The notes: generated by a model not told the origin, from the sequence alone. Shown: positions 12,650-25,959, counted from the stretch's first letter. The stretch: 64,000 nucleotides of DNA from Macrostomum lignano (GCA_002269645.1 NIVC01000583.1:186001-250000); one strand, 5' to 3'. Made by a program: numbers and translations.

Positions 12650-13078
12650 GGTGGAATTGCTGAGATGTCAATACTTACAGGGGGAATTGCTGACATGTCA
12701 AGGCTTACTGGGGGAATTGCTAAGATGCCAATGCTTACGGGGGGAATTGCTAAGATGCCAATGCTTACGGGGGGATTTGCTAAGATGTCAAGGCTTGGGG
12801 AATTGCTGAGATGTCAAGTCTTGGGGAATTGCTGAGATGCCAAGGCTTGGGGAATTGCTGAGATGTCAAGGCTTGGGGAATTGCTGAGATGTCAAGTCTT
12901 GAAGGAATTGCTATGAAGTCAAGGCTGACAGGGGGAATTGCTGAGATGTCAATGCTGACAGGGGGGTGAATTGCTGAGATGGCAAGGCTTAAGGGGGATT
13001 GCTAAGATGTCAAGGCTTACGGGGGGAACTGCTGAGATGTCAAGGCTTACGGGGGGGAATTGCTAAGATATAAAGGCT
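12650..13078. repeat. Minisatellite, ~26-30-bp unit GGGGAATTGCTGAGATGTCAAGGCTT
   Basis: About 15 diverged tandem copies upstream of the FReD gene. Confidence 0.9.
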
Positions 13079-13252
13079 GAGGTCAGAAGCTACATTAGTT
13101 TATCTAAGTTTTCATGACATTCTTTGGTGGCGTAGATTGCTAGTCTTTTCTTTATTTTTGGATTCGAAAGTTGTCATTTTTTGCCAAACTCAACGCGTGA
13201 ATTGACGTACTATCAGTCAGTTGGCTCCGAGGGCCAATCGCCAAGGCAGGGA

Positions 13253-13361
13253 CAAAGACCACTGTAGTATAACAGGAGGACGTTAAACTATTTAAAGATC
13301 GTATTGAGGCCAATTTCCTGAAAAAATACACTGCGGGGAAAGGAAAAAATCATTTTTTCAT
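13253..13361 (+). repeat. Dispersed repeat, copy 1 (inverted copy at ~63530-63640)
   Basis: CTGTAGTATAACAGGA...GAGGCC(A/T)ATTTCCTG(G)AAAAAATACACTGCGG...GGAAAAAATC(A)TTTTTTCAT is shared with the reverse complement of 63530-63640. Confidence 0.7.
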
Positions 13362-13509
13362 GAAACTTTCACTCCACAGCTATATAAAATACAAGAGTAA
13401 CAAGTTGTACATGCTAAATTACATGCCTCACATTACATGCCTGCGCCCAAACCATGCTCATTTCAGTAGTAAGTTAAACTGAAGCATTCTAAAGTGTTTT
13501 TAAAGACAA

Positions 13510-13624
13510 GGGGCCCGTTCTATAAAGCCATCGTAAGATAAGATCGTCCTTAGCTCCTATCTCCGCAGTGTAAAAGTTCCGACGTACGTTCGAACTTACG
13601 CTACGAGCTTTATAGTACGACCCC
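13510..13624. mobile_element. Possible short MITE with imperfect ~18-bp TIRs
   Basis: Left GGGCCCGTTCTATAAAGC versus reverse complement of the right end GGGGTCGTACTATAAAGC (3 mismatches); no clear TSD. Confidence 0.35.
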
Positions 13625-14522
13625 AAGGCGTATTTATTGGCCCTCTACCCCCCGCCCTGCCGCCCATTTTCATTACCTTCCTCGGTTGTTCCAGCCTAAA
13701 TCTGCCCTGTACATTTCAGTGGCCAATGTACATAATGGCTGAACCAATTAGCAAGCTGTTGAAGTCTCTCAGCTGCCTTTATTTTTATAAAATAGCTTAT
13801 GTATTCTTCATTGCTACTGAACTGAAAGTAGAAAGCTGTTTTGCTAAGTATATATGCTTGAGTGGCCCCATCTGCGGGACATCTGAGACCAGGACATAAT
13901 TGATGAAAAATGAACAATAAACACAATGCTTCCAATTTGTATTCGTTTTCAACCATAGGCGGCTGTCATTGCCGATGCCCGCGCGTGCTAACAGACATCA
14001 TTGTTATTTCATAATTTTATTGCCTATCATTCGAATTAGACAGACTAAAAACGGCTCAAAGCGTTATAGACTTGCGATACAGTAGAATGCGCAGCACAGA
14101 GATGGAAAGTTGGGCACGCGACAGCTGCAAGCTTATATAAGTGCATTAGGGACTTATTTAGCGTACCGAGCTCGTAGAATATAAAATAACGGCTTGTTCA
14201 AAGAAACAACGGCTCCTAGACGTACTACTGCCGTTTCCGTTAAGAAGTAGTGCCTGATGAGTTTCATTACTTGTTTATTTCAATATTTTTTGTAGTTTTT
14301 TTTTCGAACACAACACTTTGAATGGCGAAAAAGCATTTCTGCTTTGCATAATTAATTTTGAATGCCAAACAGGCCGTTGAGAGTTTGCAATGCGAAATTT
14401 ACGAACCGGGGTCAAACGAGTTGAAACTAGTGGCACTGGGCGACAGACTATACTTACCAGGGCAGTGTCCTGGTTTGTGGTAAAACGGCAGTTCTTAAGG
14501 TTTGGGACCGATTTTCAAGAGG

Positions 14523-14840
14523 AAGGCGATTTTATCGGATGGGGGGCGATTTTATCGGATAGGAGGGCGATTTTATCGTATGGGAGGGCGATTTTATCGG
14601 ATAGGAGGGCGATTTTATCGGATAGGAGGGCGATTTTATCGGATGGAGGGCGATTTTATCGGATGGGGGGCGATTTTATCGGATAGGAGGGCGATTTTAT
14701 CGTATGGGAGGGCGATTTTATCGGATGGGGGCGATTTTATTGGATGGGGGGCGATTTTATCGGATGGGGGGCGATTTTATCGGATAGGAGGGCGATTTTA
14801 TCGGATATAAGGGCGATTTTATTCGATGGGAGGGCGATTC
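14523..14840. repeat. Minisatellite, 21-bp unit GGGCGATTTTATCGGATAGGA
   Basis: About 15 copies downstream of the CCAR1-like stop codon. Confidence 0.93.
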
Positions 14841-15069
14841 TGTGATAGAGATATTCACAGATATCCAGATGGAGGTTAGAGTCGAAGAGGGCAGAGACCC
14901 AGTCGCTGTTACAATTGGGGGCTGCTGCGGGGTACGAAGAAGCAGCGGCACAAGCAAAGAACAACAGAAAACAACAGGCAAAAAAGCAACAACTGTCTTA
15001 ATCCTACAATACACGTTCGGCCATCAGGTTTCCAATGCCGACGATAAATACCGGTTGCCGGGTGGCGGG

Positions 15070-18000
15070 TCACACGGCGGCAGCCGCGCCAGTCGATGTG
15101 GCGCCGTCTTCAGCGGCGGCGGACTCCTCGGCGGCGTCCTTCTTATCGAACAGGTCGAACAGCGGCTGCCGGGCCCGCTCCAGCACGTCGGCCGTGGCCC
15201 GCACCAGGCGGCGATGGTCGGCCAGGGCGCTGCGCTGGGCGGCCTCTTCGCGTTTCAAATTCCTGACGGTGTCGCGCAGCTGGCGCACCTCGGCGGTGGC
15301 CGCCTGCTTGGCCGACTGGCCGGCGGCCAGGCGGACGACCGCCTCGGTCAGTTGGGCAGCGGCGGCCGACAATCGGCGAAGGGCGTCGTCGCGCTCCTGC
15401 TTAGCGCGGCGAAGGACCGCGGCGGCAGACTCGCCGGTTTCCGAGACGACGGCTACGGAAGCGGAGGCGGCTGTGGCCGACAGCAGGTCGCGGTTGCCGC
15501 CAGTGACAAGAATCTCAGCCTGCGCATGTAGGGGAAGCGGTGCCATTGCTGGGGCTGTGCGGACACCTCTACAGGCAGATTCATGTACAATAAAGGCCTA
15601 CTCTGCCTAGCACCCACTTCACTTCGCCTAGCACCCACCCCACTCCGCCTAGCACCCACCCCACTCCGCCTAGCATCCACCCCACTCCGCCTAGCAACCA
15701 CCCCATTCCGCCTAGCACCCACCCCACTCCGCCTAGCACCCCACTCCACCTAGCACTCATCTCACTCCGCCAATCAATCATTCTTACCTTCATCGCATCG
15801 TCGTCGTCCTCGCCCTCGCCCGCCGGCTCCTCGGCAAAGTCGGTCAGACAGCGGTAGCGCAGCATCGGCAGCTCCGAGCTGCGCCGAGACGACGAAGCTG
15901 TCGCCGAAGAGGACGCAGCCAGAAGCTCGGCCAGCCGACGCGCCTGATAGCGGCTGCGCAGGGTGCCGAGGCCGTGCAGCAGGTCCTCGAGGTCGCGGCA
16001 CAGCAGGTAGCCAGCCCGGTCCCGGTCGAAGTACACAAACGACAGCAGCAGGTCCGGCCTGAAAGTGCGCAGCGACTGCGAGCCAGCCGAAGACGACGCT
16101 GTCGGCTTTGTCGGCGTGGCCTGTCGACGGGCGCGCTTCTCCGGCGGCGGCTGGTCGGCAGCGTCAGCCGAGGCATCGGCAGCGGCAGCAGCGTCAGCTC
16201 CGTCGGCGCCGTTCTCTGCGGACTTTTCTTCCTCGGCAGCGGCAGCAGCAGCGGCAGCGGCCGCCTCAGCCTCCGCCTTGGCCTGCAAAACCACGTGAAA
16301 TTGCTCAATTATATCTTTGTCAAAGAGAGTGTACATGCTTGACGAATAGAGTCAGTGCCGCTGTACACCCTGTGTGAGCAGTGCATGAGTGCGTGTCTGT
16401 ATGTGCTCAGGGAATAGGTAGAAGTGCTTCAGCGCTGGTTGGGGGAGGATCTTGGCAGTACCGACACTACATGCCTGCGCCCAAACACCATACAGCATAA
16501 ACAAACCTTCGCTTTGCGCTCCAAAGCAGCCGAGATGTTGAACGCGCAGTCGCGACTCAGCATATCGTTGAACTGTTCGGCAAACATTGACACCTCGAAT
16601 GTGTGCTCCCTGGAGGCGTCCAGTCTGTAGGCCAGCAGCTGGGCTAGGGGTATCAGCTGACAGTCCAGCCTGCCATTGCGAGCTGTCCGACTTGGAGTGA
16701 CAAACAGGGCCGGCGCGTCTGGCAGCTTGTGCATCCGCCGCAGCCGGTCCTTCTCAGCCTCCGTCAGCTCCTTGGGCGGCGGTGGCGGCGCGGGCATCGC
16801 CGAGGCGGCGTCGTCCTTTGAAGCCTCCGTCCCGTCGTCGGTCTTTGCTTTTTCGTCCGATTTTTTCTGCTCCCCGTCGTCTTGCTGCTTCTCTTTTTCT
16901 TGCTCTTCTTGTTGCTGCTTTTGCAGAGCCTCTTCTAGTCTGGCGATGAGCTGCGCCTTCAAGCCTTTGTTGCTGAGGCCGCGCAGTTCGAGTTCGCGCC
17001 TGAGATCCGGCACCTTCATGCCTGGCAAGTCGGCTGGGTTGAGCTAAAATTATTATAAAGCGGCACCGATGACGTCATTATTAATAACCATATTTATCGG
17101 GTTGCTACACATAAAAACATACTTTATAAAGTCAAGCAGAGCAAGGTATGTTTACGCATAATCCCCAACAGCCCATTAGCCTCTCCCTGACTGATTTCAT
17201 CTCAAAATTAATTATTTCAGATTTTTGGTGATTTTTTGCAATCCGCCAGCCTTTATTTCGTGCCTTTGTCGGTGCTTCAGACGCTGCCGTCTCCATTTCC
17301 TCCTGCTGCTCAGAAGATTCTTCTTCAGCCATTTCCTGCTGCTGGTTCTCGCCGGTCTCATCTTTATCGCCAGTTGCAGCTTCCTTCGCTTCATCGTTGT
17401 TGCCTTCGCCTTCGCCCTCGCCGTCAGTTTTTGACGCCTGCTGCTCAGGCGACGGCGGCGGAGTTGGCGGCTTGGGCGGCTCAAGCAGCAGCTCGAGTCG
17501 GTCTTCCCAGGCCTGGCAGCGCACCTGCCATTCCTCGTCGCCGCCAGGCATGAGGCTCCACACGTCCGGCAAATAGACCACAACGGTCTCTTCGGCTGGC
17601 GGCCGCTGCTTGTCTGGTCGGCCGGTGCGGAAATAGCGATACTCCATGAATTTACACCTGAAATATATTATTTTATTGTAGCGGCAATTGTGTTGCTGGG
17701 TCTGAGGGCATGCGCTAGCGATTCTCTGTCTGCACTGCATTCAGCACTTTGAGCAGCTTTTTTCCATTAACAAACTGCCTATGTGGCGGAAGTGGCGGAA
17801 CAGATTGTAAATGCTTTTTTGATCTGTGACGCTTCGAGACTATCTGTCACATAGGCTCAGTAGCAAGTTAACCAGCGCAGTGATACTCAGCATTGTTGAT
17901 AGCAGTTTACGAGTAGAAGATTTGCCAAATTAAATTGAATGCAATTAAGTAAATACGAAATTACCTCTGTTTAGTGACCTTTATGGTAGTAATTTTTGCC

Positions 18001-20679
18001 AAGCTTGACAATATTTGTATACGGCAATGATGCTTTTTAAAACAAGGATTGGGTGGCCCAGCAACTGGGGATCTGGGAGGCTGGCCCAGCAACTGGGGAT
18101 CTGGGAGGCTGGCCAAGCAACTGACACTCTGGGAGGCTGGCCCAGCAACTGGGGATCTGGGAGACTGGCCCAGCAACTGAGGATCTGGGAGGCTGGCCCA
18201 GCAACTGAGAATCTGGGAGGCTCGCCAATCAACTGAGGATCTGGGAGGCTGGCCCAGCAACTGAGGATCTGGGAGGCTGGCCCAGCAACTGAGGATCTGG
18301 GAGGCTGGCCCAGCAACTGACACTCTGGGAGGCTGGCCCAGCAACTGACACTCTGGGAGGCTGGCCCAGCAACTAAGGATCTGGAAGGCTGGCCCAGCAA
18401 CTGAGGATCTGGGAGGCTGGCCCAGCAACTAAGGATCTGGAAGGCTGGCCCAGCAACTGACACTCTGGGAGGCTGGCCCAGCAACTGGGGATCTGGGAGG
18501 CTGGCCCAGCAACTGAGGATCTGGGAGGCTGGCCCAGCAACTGGGGATCTGGGAGGCTGGCCCAGCAACTGGGGATCTGGGAGGCTGGCCCAGCAACTGA
18601 CACTCTGGGAGGCTGGCCCAGCAACTGAGGATCTGGGAGGCTGGCCCAGAAACTGGGGATCTGGGAGGCTGGCCCAGCAACTGACACTCTGGGAGGCTGG
18701 CTCAGCAACTGAGGATCTGGGAGGCTGGCCCAGAAACTGAGGATCTGGGAGGCTGGCCCAGCAACAGACACTCTGGGAGGCTGGCCCAGCAACTGGGGAT
18801 CTGGGAGGCTGGCCCAGCAACTGGGGATCTGGGAGGCTGGCCCAGCAACTGAGGATCTGGGAGGCTGGCCCAGCAACTGAGGATCTGGGAGGCTGGCCCA
18901 GCAACTGAGGATCTGGGAGGCTGGCCCAGCAACTAAGGATCTGGAAAGCTGGCCCAGCAACTGAGGATCTGGGAGGCTGGCCCAGCAACTAAGGATCTGG
19001 AAGGCTGGCCCAGCAACAGACACTCTGGGAGGCTGGCCCAGCAACTGAGGATCTGGGAGGCTGGCCCAGAAACTGGGGATCTGAGAGGCTGGCCCAGCAA
19101 CTGGGGATCTGGGAGGCTGGCCCAGCAACTGGGGTAAATGGGATAACAGGGATTTCAAGTCCAACTGTTAAACCAGCTTAAGCTCGGATATTTTCTTCCA
19201 GAATTTTCAGAGGTTTCAGAATAAACAAGCCAGGCAATTTACCAGTTGGTGCAGCCAGACAGATCCACTCCAATCAGCCGCTTAACGTGCCGCACAGCGG
19301 TATTGATCAGCACCTCCGGATCGCCCTCGGGATCCTCGCCGTCCATTGAAGGACTCCAAGGCCCGCCCAGGGCCAGAGGTTCGCCGCTTCGTCCGCCGGA
19401 AATGCCGCACAAGAATTGCAGATTCCGCTGCACGGAGGTGCACCGGTTGCGCACTTCCGCAGTGTCATGGGCCAGGGCGCAGGTGCGGCTGTACAGCTGG
19501 TCGAGCGGCGGGCTGGCCAGCAGCATCACCTTTGCGCAGTAGCGATAGTCCTGGTCGGCCGGCTCGGCAGCGTTCATGGCCTCTTGCTGGTCGAGCGAAT
19601 CCACCTGGTTTTTATGGAGGTGCAAAGCTGATATTTACTAACTAGGAATGCATGACGATAATCGAGCATTTGGAGAGGACGGCACTGATGATGGGAACGG
19701 AATTTAGGATCTGGAAAGGCTGGTGACCCAATCTGAGGATCTGGAAAGGCTGGTGACCCAATCTGAGGATCTGGAAAGGCTGGTGACCCAATCTGAGGAT
19801 CTGGAAAGGCTGGTGACCAAATCTGAGGATCTGGAAAGGCTGGTGACCCAATCTGAGGATCTGGAAAGGCTGGTGACCCAATCTGAGGATCTGGAAAGGC
19901 TGGTGACCCAATCTGAAGATCTGGAAAGGCTGGTGACCCAATCTGAGGATCTGGAAAGGCTGGTGACCCAATCTGAAGATCTGGAAAGGCTGGTGACCAA
20001 ACTCAAGCATCGATGAGAAAGGCAATCACAGATTTCCAAGCAGACCCAGTCGCAACGCTATCAAATCAAGAGGTCTTACCTCTTTTGGGAAAATGTGAAA
20101 GGCGCAGTGCCGGCCCAGTTGAAACGGCTGGTCAATGGGAAACTCGTCCAGCCAGGTGTTGCTAACGTGATAAAAATCCGACGGCAGGTATAGCCTTGGA
20201 TAGCGCTGGCGCAGGTCCATTACGCTAAACTGCGGCAGCGCGAATAGCCTAGTTGGCACGGACACAGCGTAATTAGACGAAGTCGAGGGCTGGTGCCGGC
20301 TAGACGAAGCTTCGCGCTTAACGCCATTGCCTCCGCTGCTGCGGCCGTAGCCGCGATTCGAATACGCGTCCCTCCTAGACGGCATTGGCGGCGGCTGCTG
20401 CTGCTGGTGATGCCGATGCCGCGAAGGCGGAGGCGGCGGAGGCGGCTGATGATGCTGCTTGGTGCGCACCTCAAGCCGGTCAGCATTCCATTTGATTGGC
20501 ATGTTAGGCGTGTAATTAGCCGACACGAACACGTGATCACCCGCCCGGGGCTGTACTCCGGACACGACTTCTCTGAGGAAGAATATCTCGTCGTCTACAT
20601 AGCCAAAATTGCCAAACATTTTAGTGACGGTGCCATACACTGATTTGTGCATGGCCGTTTTCTGATGCCCGCCGAACAT
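15070..20679 (-). CDS. CCAR1: CCAR1/DBC1-family protein (cell cycle and apoptosis regulator). Exons: 20679-20080, 19604-19243, 17657-17264, 17043-16507, 16282-15788, 15519-15070
   Basis: S1-like domain (GTVTKMFGNFGYVDDEIFF...NMPIKWNA), LAIKA-like MDLRQRYPRLYLPSDF, DBC1 domain (YCAKVMLL...GGPWSPSMDGEDP...LSGCTNWCKFMEYRY), SAP domain MKVPDLRRELELRGLSNKGLKAQLIARL, EF-hand-like DLLLSFVYFDRDRAGYL and a coiled-coil C-terminus. Junctions are in phase (one probable GC-AG). Further upstream exons cannot be excluded. Confidence 0.88.
15605..15770. repeat. Intronic minisatellite, 21-bp unit CCGCCTAGCACCCACCCCACT
   Basis: About 8 copies in the last CCAR1-like intron. Confidence 0.9.
18051..19134. repeat. 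Intronic minisatellite, 28-bp unit GGGAGGCTGGCCCAGCAACTGAGGATCT
   Basis: About 38 copies in the CCAR1-like intron 17658-19242. Confidence 0.96.
19687..20000. repeat. Intronic minisatellite, 30-bp unit AGGATCTGGAAAGGCTGGTGACCCAATCTG
   Basis: About 10 near-perfect copies in the CCAR1-like intron 19605-20079. Confidence 0.96.
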
Positions 20680-21697
20680 TGCTGCTGTCGAATAATATCA
20701 TGCAATGTATCAGTGCAAGCGTCATATGAAAAAAAATCAACTTCCTTTGCAGCTATTGCATATTAAAGTCCTAGTATAGAGTTCCACCATAAGAATAATT
20801 CTACTAGAGATGGACACTTTCAAAGAAATTAAAATCACCAGATTACACCTAAACTAATAGAGCTGTTATTAAAAAAATTGCTGTTTATAAGAAATATTCA
20901 TGCACAAAAAGCCTATTTATGCTTCTAGATTGATTTCTAATTGCCTAAATAATAATAAGGGTTGTATAGCATTTTTGTTTCAGTTAGCAAACATTTGCTC
21001 AAAGTCTATGCAAAGATACAACTACTTCAATTTTGACTAACTATTACTACTCATTACTTATAGCCTTCACCTTGAAATGTTACCAAAAACAATACAGATC
21101 TTTTTTATTGAAAGCATTCAAGATAAGGCTAATATAAATAAATTTACATGTTGACAGTATTACAAAATTGTTACCTGGGTATGCCTGCTATATGGGGGAT
21201 GCTTGCTATCTGCAGTTGCTTACTCTTGGAGGGGGGTGCTTGCTATCTAGGAGATACTTGCTATCTATGATATGCTTGCTATCTAGGGGGATGCTTGCTT
21301 TCTTGGGGGTTTTCTATTTAGGGTGAATGTCTATTATCTTTGTGAAAGCTTTATTTTGTTGCTTTTGTTAGTTTTAGAAAAAGATATTCATAGCAAACAT
21401 CTTTGTCTGTGACAATTTTACTTGAATAAGGTGATTTATAAAACTGAAAAAGGAATTGGTTCTTAAGAAAATGTGTGTTTATTTTTTTCCATGAATAATG
21501 TTTGCTTCTTGCTTATTGGGCACCCCAAAGGGGGCACTAGATTGCTAGTTAAGAGCTAAAACCAATAAACTACCTAGAAATAATTATATAAAATATACTA
21601 TTTTGTTTGTCTTTAAAAGTTATTCAGTCAATATGTCTTGTAGATTTAAAAAAATATATTTTCATAAACATAATCATTTATTTTCTTTGGTTATGCC

Positions 21698-22340
21698 TAG
21701 TGTTCCGCCGTAGCCGTAGCTACAGCTATGGGATCCTACAGCAAATACAGTAAAATAGGTGCCTACGGCAGCTACGGATATGCCTACGGTAGCTAGCTGC
21801 TCTTACGGCTACGACTACGGAAATATGGTATTTGCTGTCACATTCCGTAGATTCCCGTAGCCGTAGTTATTAATGTTAAAAATTGATAAAAATATTAGAA
21901 ACAGGTAGAGTAAAACAAATATACGTTTAGTAAACTGTATTATCAACCTAGAAACTTATAGAATATACCTGAAAAAGTACAATAAAACACTAGCAAACTC
22001 TAATTTTTATTAATGTAAAAAAATTTAGCGTTAGTACTTTCAGTAACGATTAAGTATTGTTGCTCTGAAAAAAGACAAAATATAATCTTACAAAGGCAAT
22101 CGAGTGTTTCTTTTATTTTCTAATTTAATTTGCAGTTGTTTAAGCACTAGGTTATCGTCTTGATTCAAAATATTTTACTTTTTAGTCTTTTTGTTAAAAC
22201 TACGGCTACGGCTATGGGAACTATGGGAATATGGTAATTTCGGGGTCCCTATGGCTACGGATATGGAGAATTGGAATAAGCCGTAGTTTTGCTTACGGCT
22301 ACGGCTACGGTACATGGACCCTCCTTACGGCGGAACACTA
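21698..22340. mobile_element. Non-autonomous hAT-type MITE (643 bp)
   Basis: Perfect 15-bp TIRs TAGTGTTCCGCCGTA (21698-21712 / 22326-22340), exact 8-bp TSD GTTATGCC (21690-21697, 22341-22348), many subterminal CCGTAG/CTACGG motifs, AT-rich non-coding core. Confidence 0.9.
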
Positions 22341-25300
22341 GTTATGCCCAAGATCACAACTTTTTATTTTTATCAGCATAATCATAGAACAAAGAATGGC
22401 AGTTTTTTGTCAAAGGTTTTATCAACGATCTTATTATCTATATGTTTTTTCTATACATGTTTTTGTGCTTCAAAATATAGAATAAAATAACTTTGTAATG
22501 TTACAACTATCCTTAACTAGAATTACACATAACTTGAATTTTTCCTATTCACAGATATATCCTTATATAGTTATTTTTTCTATAACTTTCAATATTTTGA
22601 ATCTAATACCAAGTAATAGGCTCTTAGTTTTTCTATCATTCACTCATTCACTATAATAAAATGAAACAATGATGGAAATAGTTAAATGTATAAATAATTA
22701 ATAGATCTCTTTTATTGATTATACAAGAATGCTTGGCTAAGACTAAATTTATCTTAACTTTAGCCTTTACTATTCTAACCATTCTTTTTCTATTAGGGCC
22801 TAGGGCCTAATTTAACCACTATCAACCATTGAATTAAAGGCTCTAATGATCTTTTTAAGTTTGTTTTGGGTGTCCAATATTATTAGATAATGGAAATATG
22901 CATTCTAGTAACTGTCTAGGCCCTATGTCTTTATATATGTTCTATCTAAAAGCTTACACTTCTAATAGTAGCTATATCTATAGTTACAGTATTTTATGCC
23001 ATAGTATACTATATGTTATAGTAGAACTCTAGTTTTAGGAGGCTTGTATATACCTAAGTGGCTAACAACTAAACTTAGAAAAAAAAATACTCAGCATTTT
23101 ACTTTTATCCTATAGTCTAGAAAGTTGCCTTTATGCCATAATTTTCTAGCATATTTCTACCCTTGCTGATAATTGTGGCATATACTTGGCATAGGCCCCT
23201 AGAATTTTTAGATTCAACATTAGTTAGCAGGAAGTAGGCTGGGCTTAGGGCCTAGGGCAGGCCTAACCTAGCAGTTCTGTAGCAGTGTAGGTAGGTGTAG
23301 GCTAGGCCTAGGGGCCTTTATAAAAGTCGTTTATAAAGTAGGGTCGTTGTGTAATTTTCTGCGACTGTGGTTAACCAATAATTAGCTTTTTGTCAACTCA
23401 TTTCTTGGCTTGATGTAGGCCTAGGCCTAGATAGACCCTAGGCCTAGGCGTAGTTGTTTTTTCGAAATAGGCCTAGCTTTAATTTTAGATAGTAGAAAGA
23501 AAGGACGTTGTACTTGTTGTACTTGTGCTTTAAATGTGCCTTACTCTTATGACGTTGTGTTGATGCTTAGGCCTATGAGTACAAGATTTTTTCTATAACT
23601 TTCAATCAATGGTACTTGCACAAATATTTTACACTGACAAAAATTGCAACTAACTGACATAACAAGCGTGAAATAATAAGCATAAAAATTTAGCAATAAA
23701 AAGAAATCATTTACAGACTTAAATTTGATTCGAGTAATAACAAAAACATATACCTTTCCGAATGTATGCTAAATTAATAAAAAAATTCGTTAAACAATGA
23801 ATATCTAAATAATTAAAATTTGCTTTATAGCAACTACTTATACTGGTATTTTGTAACGCAACAACGATTTTCTTAAGGGAGCGGAAGTTGTTAGTCAGAC
23901 GTCTCGGTCAAACATCGAAAAATGAAGCAGAAATTAAATTTGCTTCGCGCGCTTATAAACCTTTCCCACAGACAAAGGTAAACAATGAACTTTTTTCTCA
24001 TGGTTTTTATTCAGTTCCATCATCAATTCACTTCAAAATCTATCATAATCGATTATCTGTCAAAATGTCAAATTGTGTCACACCTAAATTTTCAGTTCAT
24101 AAATCTAGTATAACTATTTTTATTTACTAAAATATACCCTTACGTATAAGATAACCCAGCAGGCGACGACGATATGGCCTATTCTGTCAATGACTATTAA
24201 TTGTTTAATTTGCTTTTGCATTATACTGAGAAATAATGATCAACAAAAGTTCTGCTCACGTAAGTCTGTGTGTATAAAAAGCTGTGTTAAATAAAAGCGT
24301 GAAGGCAGCCGGTGGTTCTTGCATGGGTACGTTGATAAATAAAATAGAGAGCAAGAAAGGCCTCCAGGCTGCAAACATTTCAAGACGGCCGGCCAGTGGG
24401 GCTTATTCTTTTATACAATTTTTTTCCATGGATTATTTATTCCGCAGGCCAGTAGAATTTTCAAGTTAGATTTCGCTCGTGCGGGAATTCAGCTTACAAT
24501 ATTTGGAATATACGCTTGTATATTTATTTCGTGAATTTCTAAACTACAAATACTGCTACATTATACAGTACATTTTTGCGACTGAATTCGTTACTTCAGC
24601 GTTTGATTTCGTCAATTAGCCATTATTCATTTGTATATGATGAGCACTGCATGCTTTTGATTTTCACTTCTGGGATAATTTTTCATGTTTCATCTTTTTA
24701 GGTCATAAATCAAGGAGGTTAACGTGTCTAGAGATTTTTCTTAAGCCTACATCCATCTACATACATGTATAGTAAAAGTGACGCTGCTAGTTACTATACA
24801 TACTAATAAATATGGCACAGCTTGGCCGCTGCTCGATTTATGGCTCACAACAGCTGGAACATTCTCGATAAGCTGACGCAGAGGTTACATGCAGAGTGTA
24901 TATTTACATGTAATTAATAACAATTGAATAACTTATATAAATTTTGCGCAGCACCTATTATGGTGTAATCCATAAAATGAGCTTAATTAAAGACGGAACA
25001 AATTTAAGTCCGTAAAGCCTCTGTCCAGCTCTGTAGATTTTGATATCGGTGTGAGGAGGGGGTCTAGGAATCTTTTTTAGCAGAAAATCTTCTGGCCAAA
25101 ATAAATCAGCAGCTATGGTTCATATCGAAGTGGCTGAAATAGCTAACAGTCAACTGGCCGCAACAGTGAATTTGCTGGCGTACTGCATGCATTTTAGCTA
25201 CAATGTATTGCAGCACATCGTATCAATTTTGTGGCGCAGTCGTGTCCAATCGAGTGGGTGAAATTAGCATATTTTCCGCGCAATAATCATCAATAGTCGT

Positions 25301-25959
25301 AATCGAATTCGAGCTGTCACTGCAGTAACCATACGGGCATTTAAACTCATATCTCATACACAGCAAGGGAAATTATCCAACACATGGCACACATTACGAC
25401 AGTTAGAACTAGGTCGAACTTAATCTGGGGTTTTAGTAATCATACGAACTAGCAAACATGTATTCTATATGAGCTATATCCCCTGCTTAGGGAATATCAT
25501 GGCTACAAAAGATCGAGTCACGACGCCAACCAACTGCGCTGCGAACAGAATTAGCTTCAGTAGCCACTTTGAGCCACTGCGAGAGCAAATTTCAGTGCAA
25601 TGCAATTGGCGGTCTTTCGTTTGCTGGGCATCAAAGTGGGACGACATTGTCTATGGCTTTATTTGCCCGCTAGCACCTACTAGTAACAATGGAGACGTCT
25701 TTGACCCTAGACATAAATAATCGAGGCAAAGGGTATTTTTCCTCCACTTGGGTCGAGAAGTCAAACATGTATAGTCTATGGCCAAAGTTAACTAGATGTC
25801 TCTGCCCTACCTTGAAAAGGCTGTATTTAAATCGTTTGTTTGCTTGGAATTACGAGAACTGTCCCAAAAGTAAGTTTCGCTATGCTATAAAAGACAAACT
25901 AGTGATCCAACAATCAACAAAACTTTGCAACTGCAAAATGAACTCATAGTTACTCTAAA

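Noticed and set aside
12390-14470. Additional small minus-strand gene suggested by donor-like sites at ~12403, ~13677 and ~14457
   Set aside because: No consistent reading frame or recognisable protein could be assembled; they may be UTR exons or chance matches.
4508-19134. CRISPR-like arrays (19-41-bp repeats)
   Set aside because: Units are directly adjacent with no unique spacers, there are no cas genes and the context is eukaryotic.
23230-23480. Cluster of CCTAGG/AGGCCT palindromes as a defined element
   Set aside because: Irregular low-complexity patch without a consistent unit, TIR or TSD.
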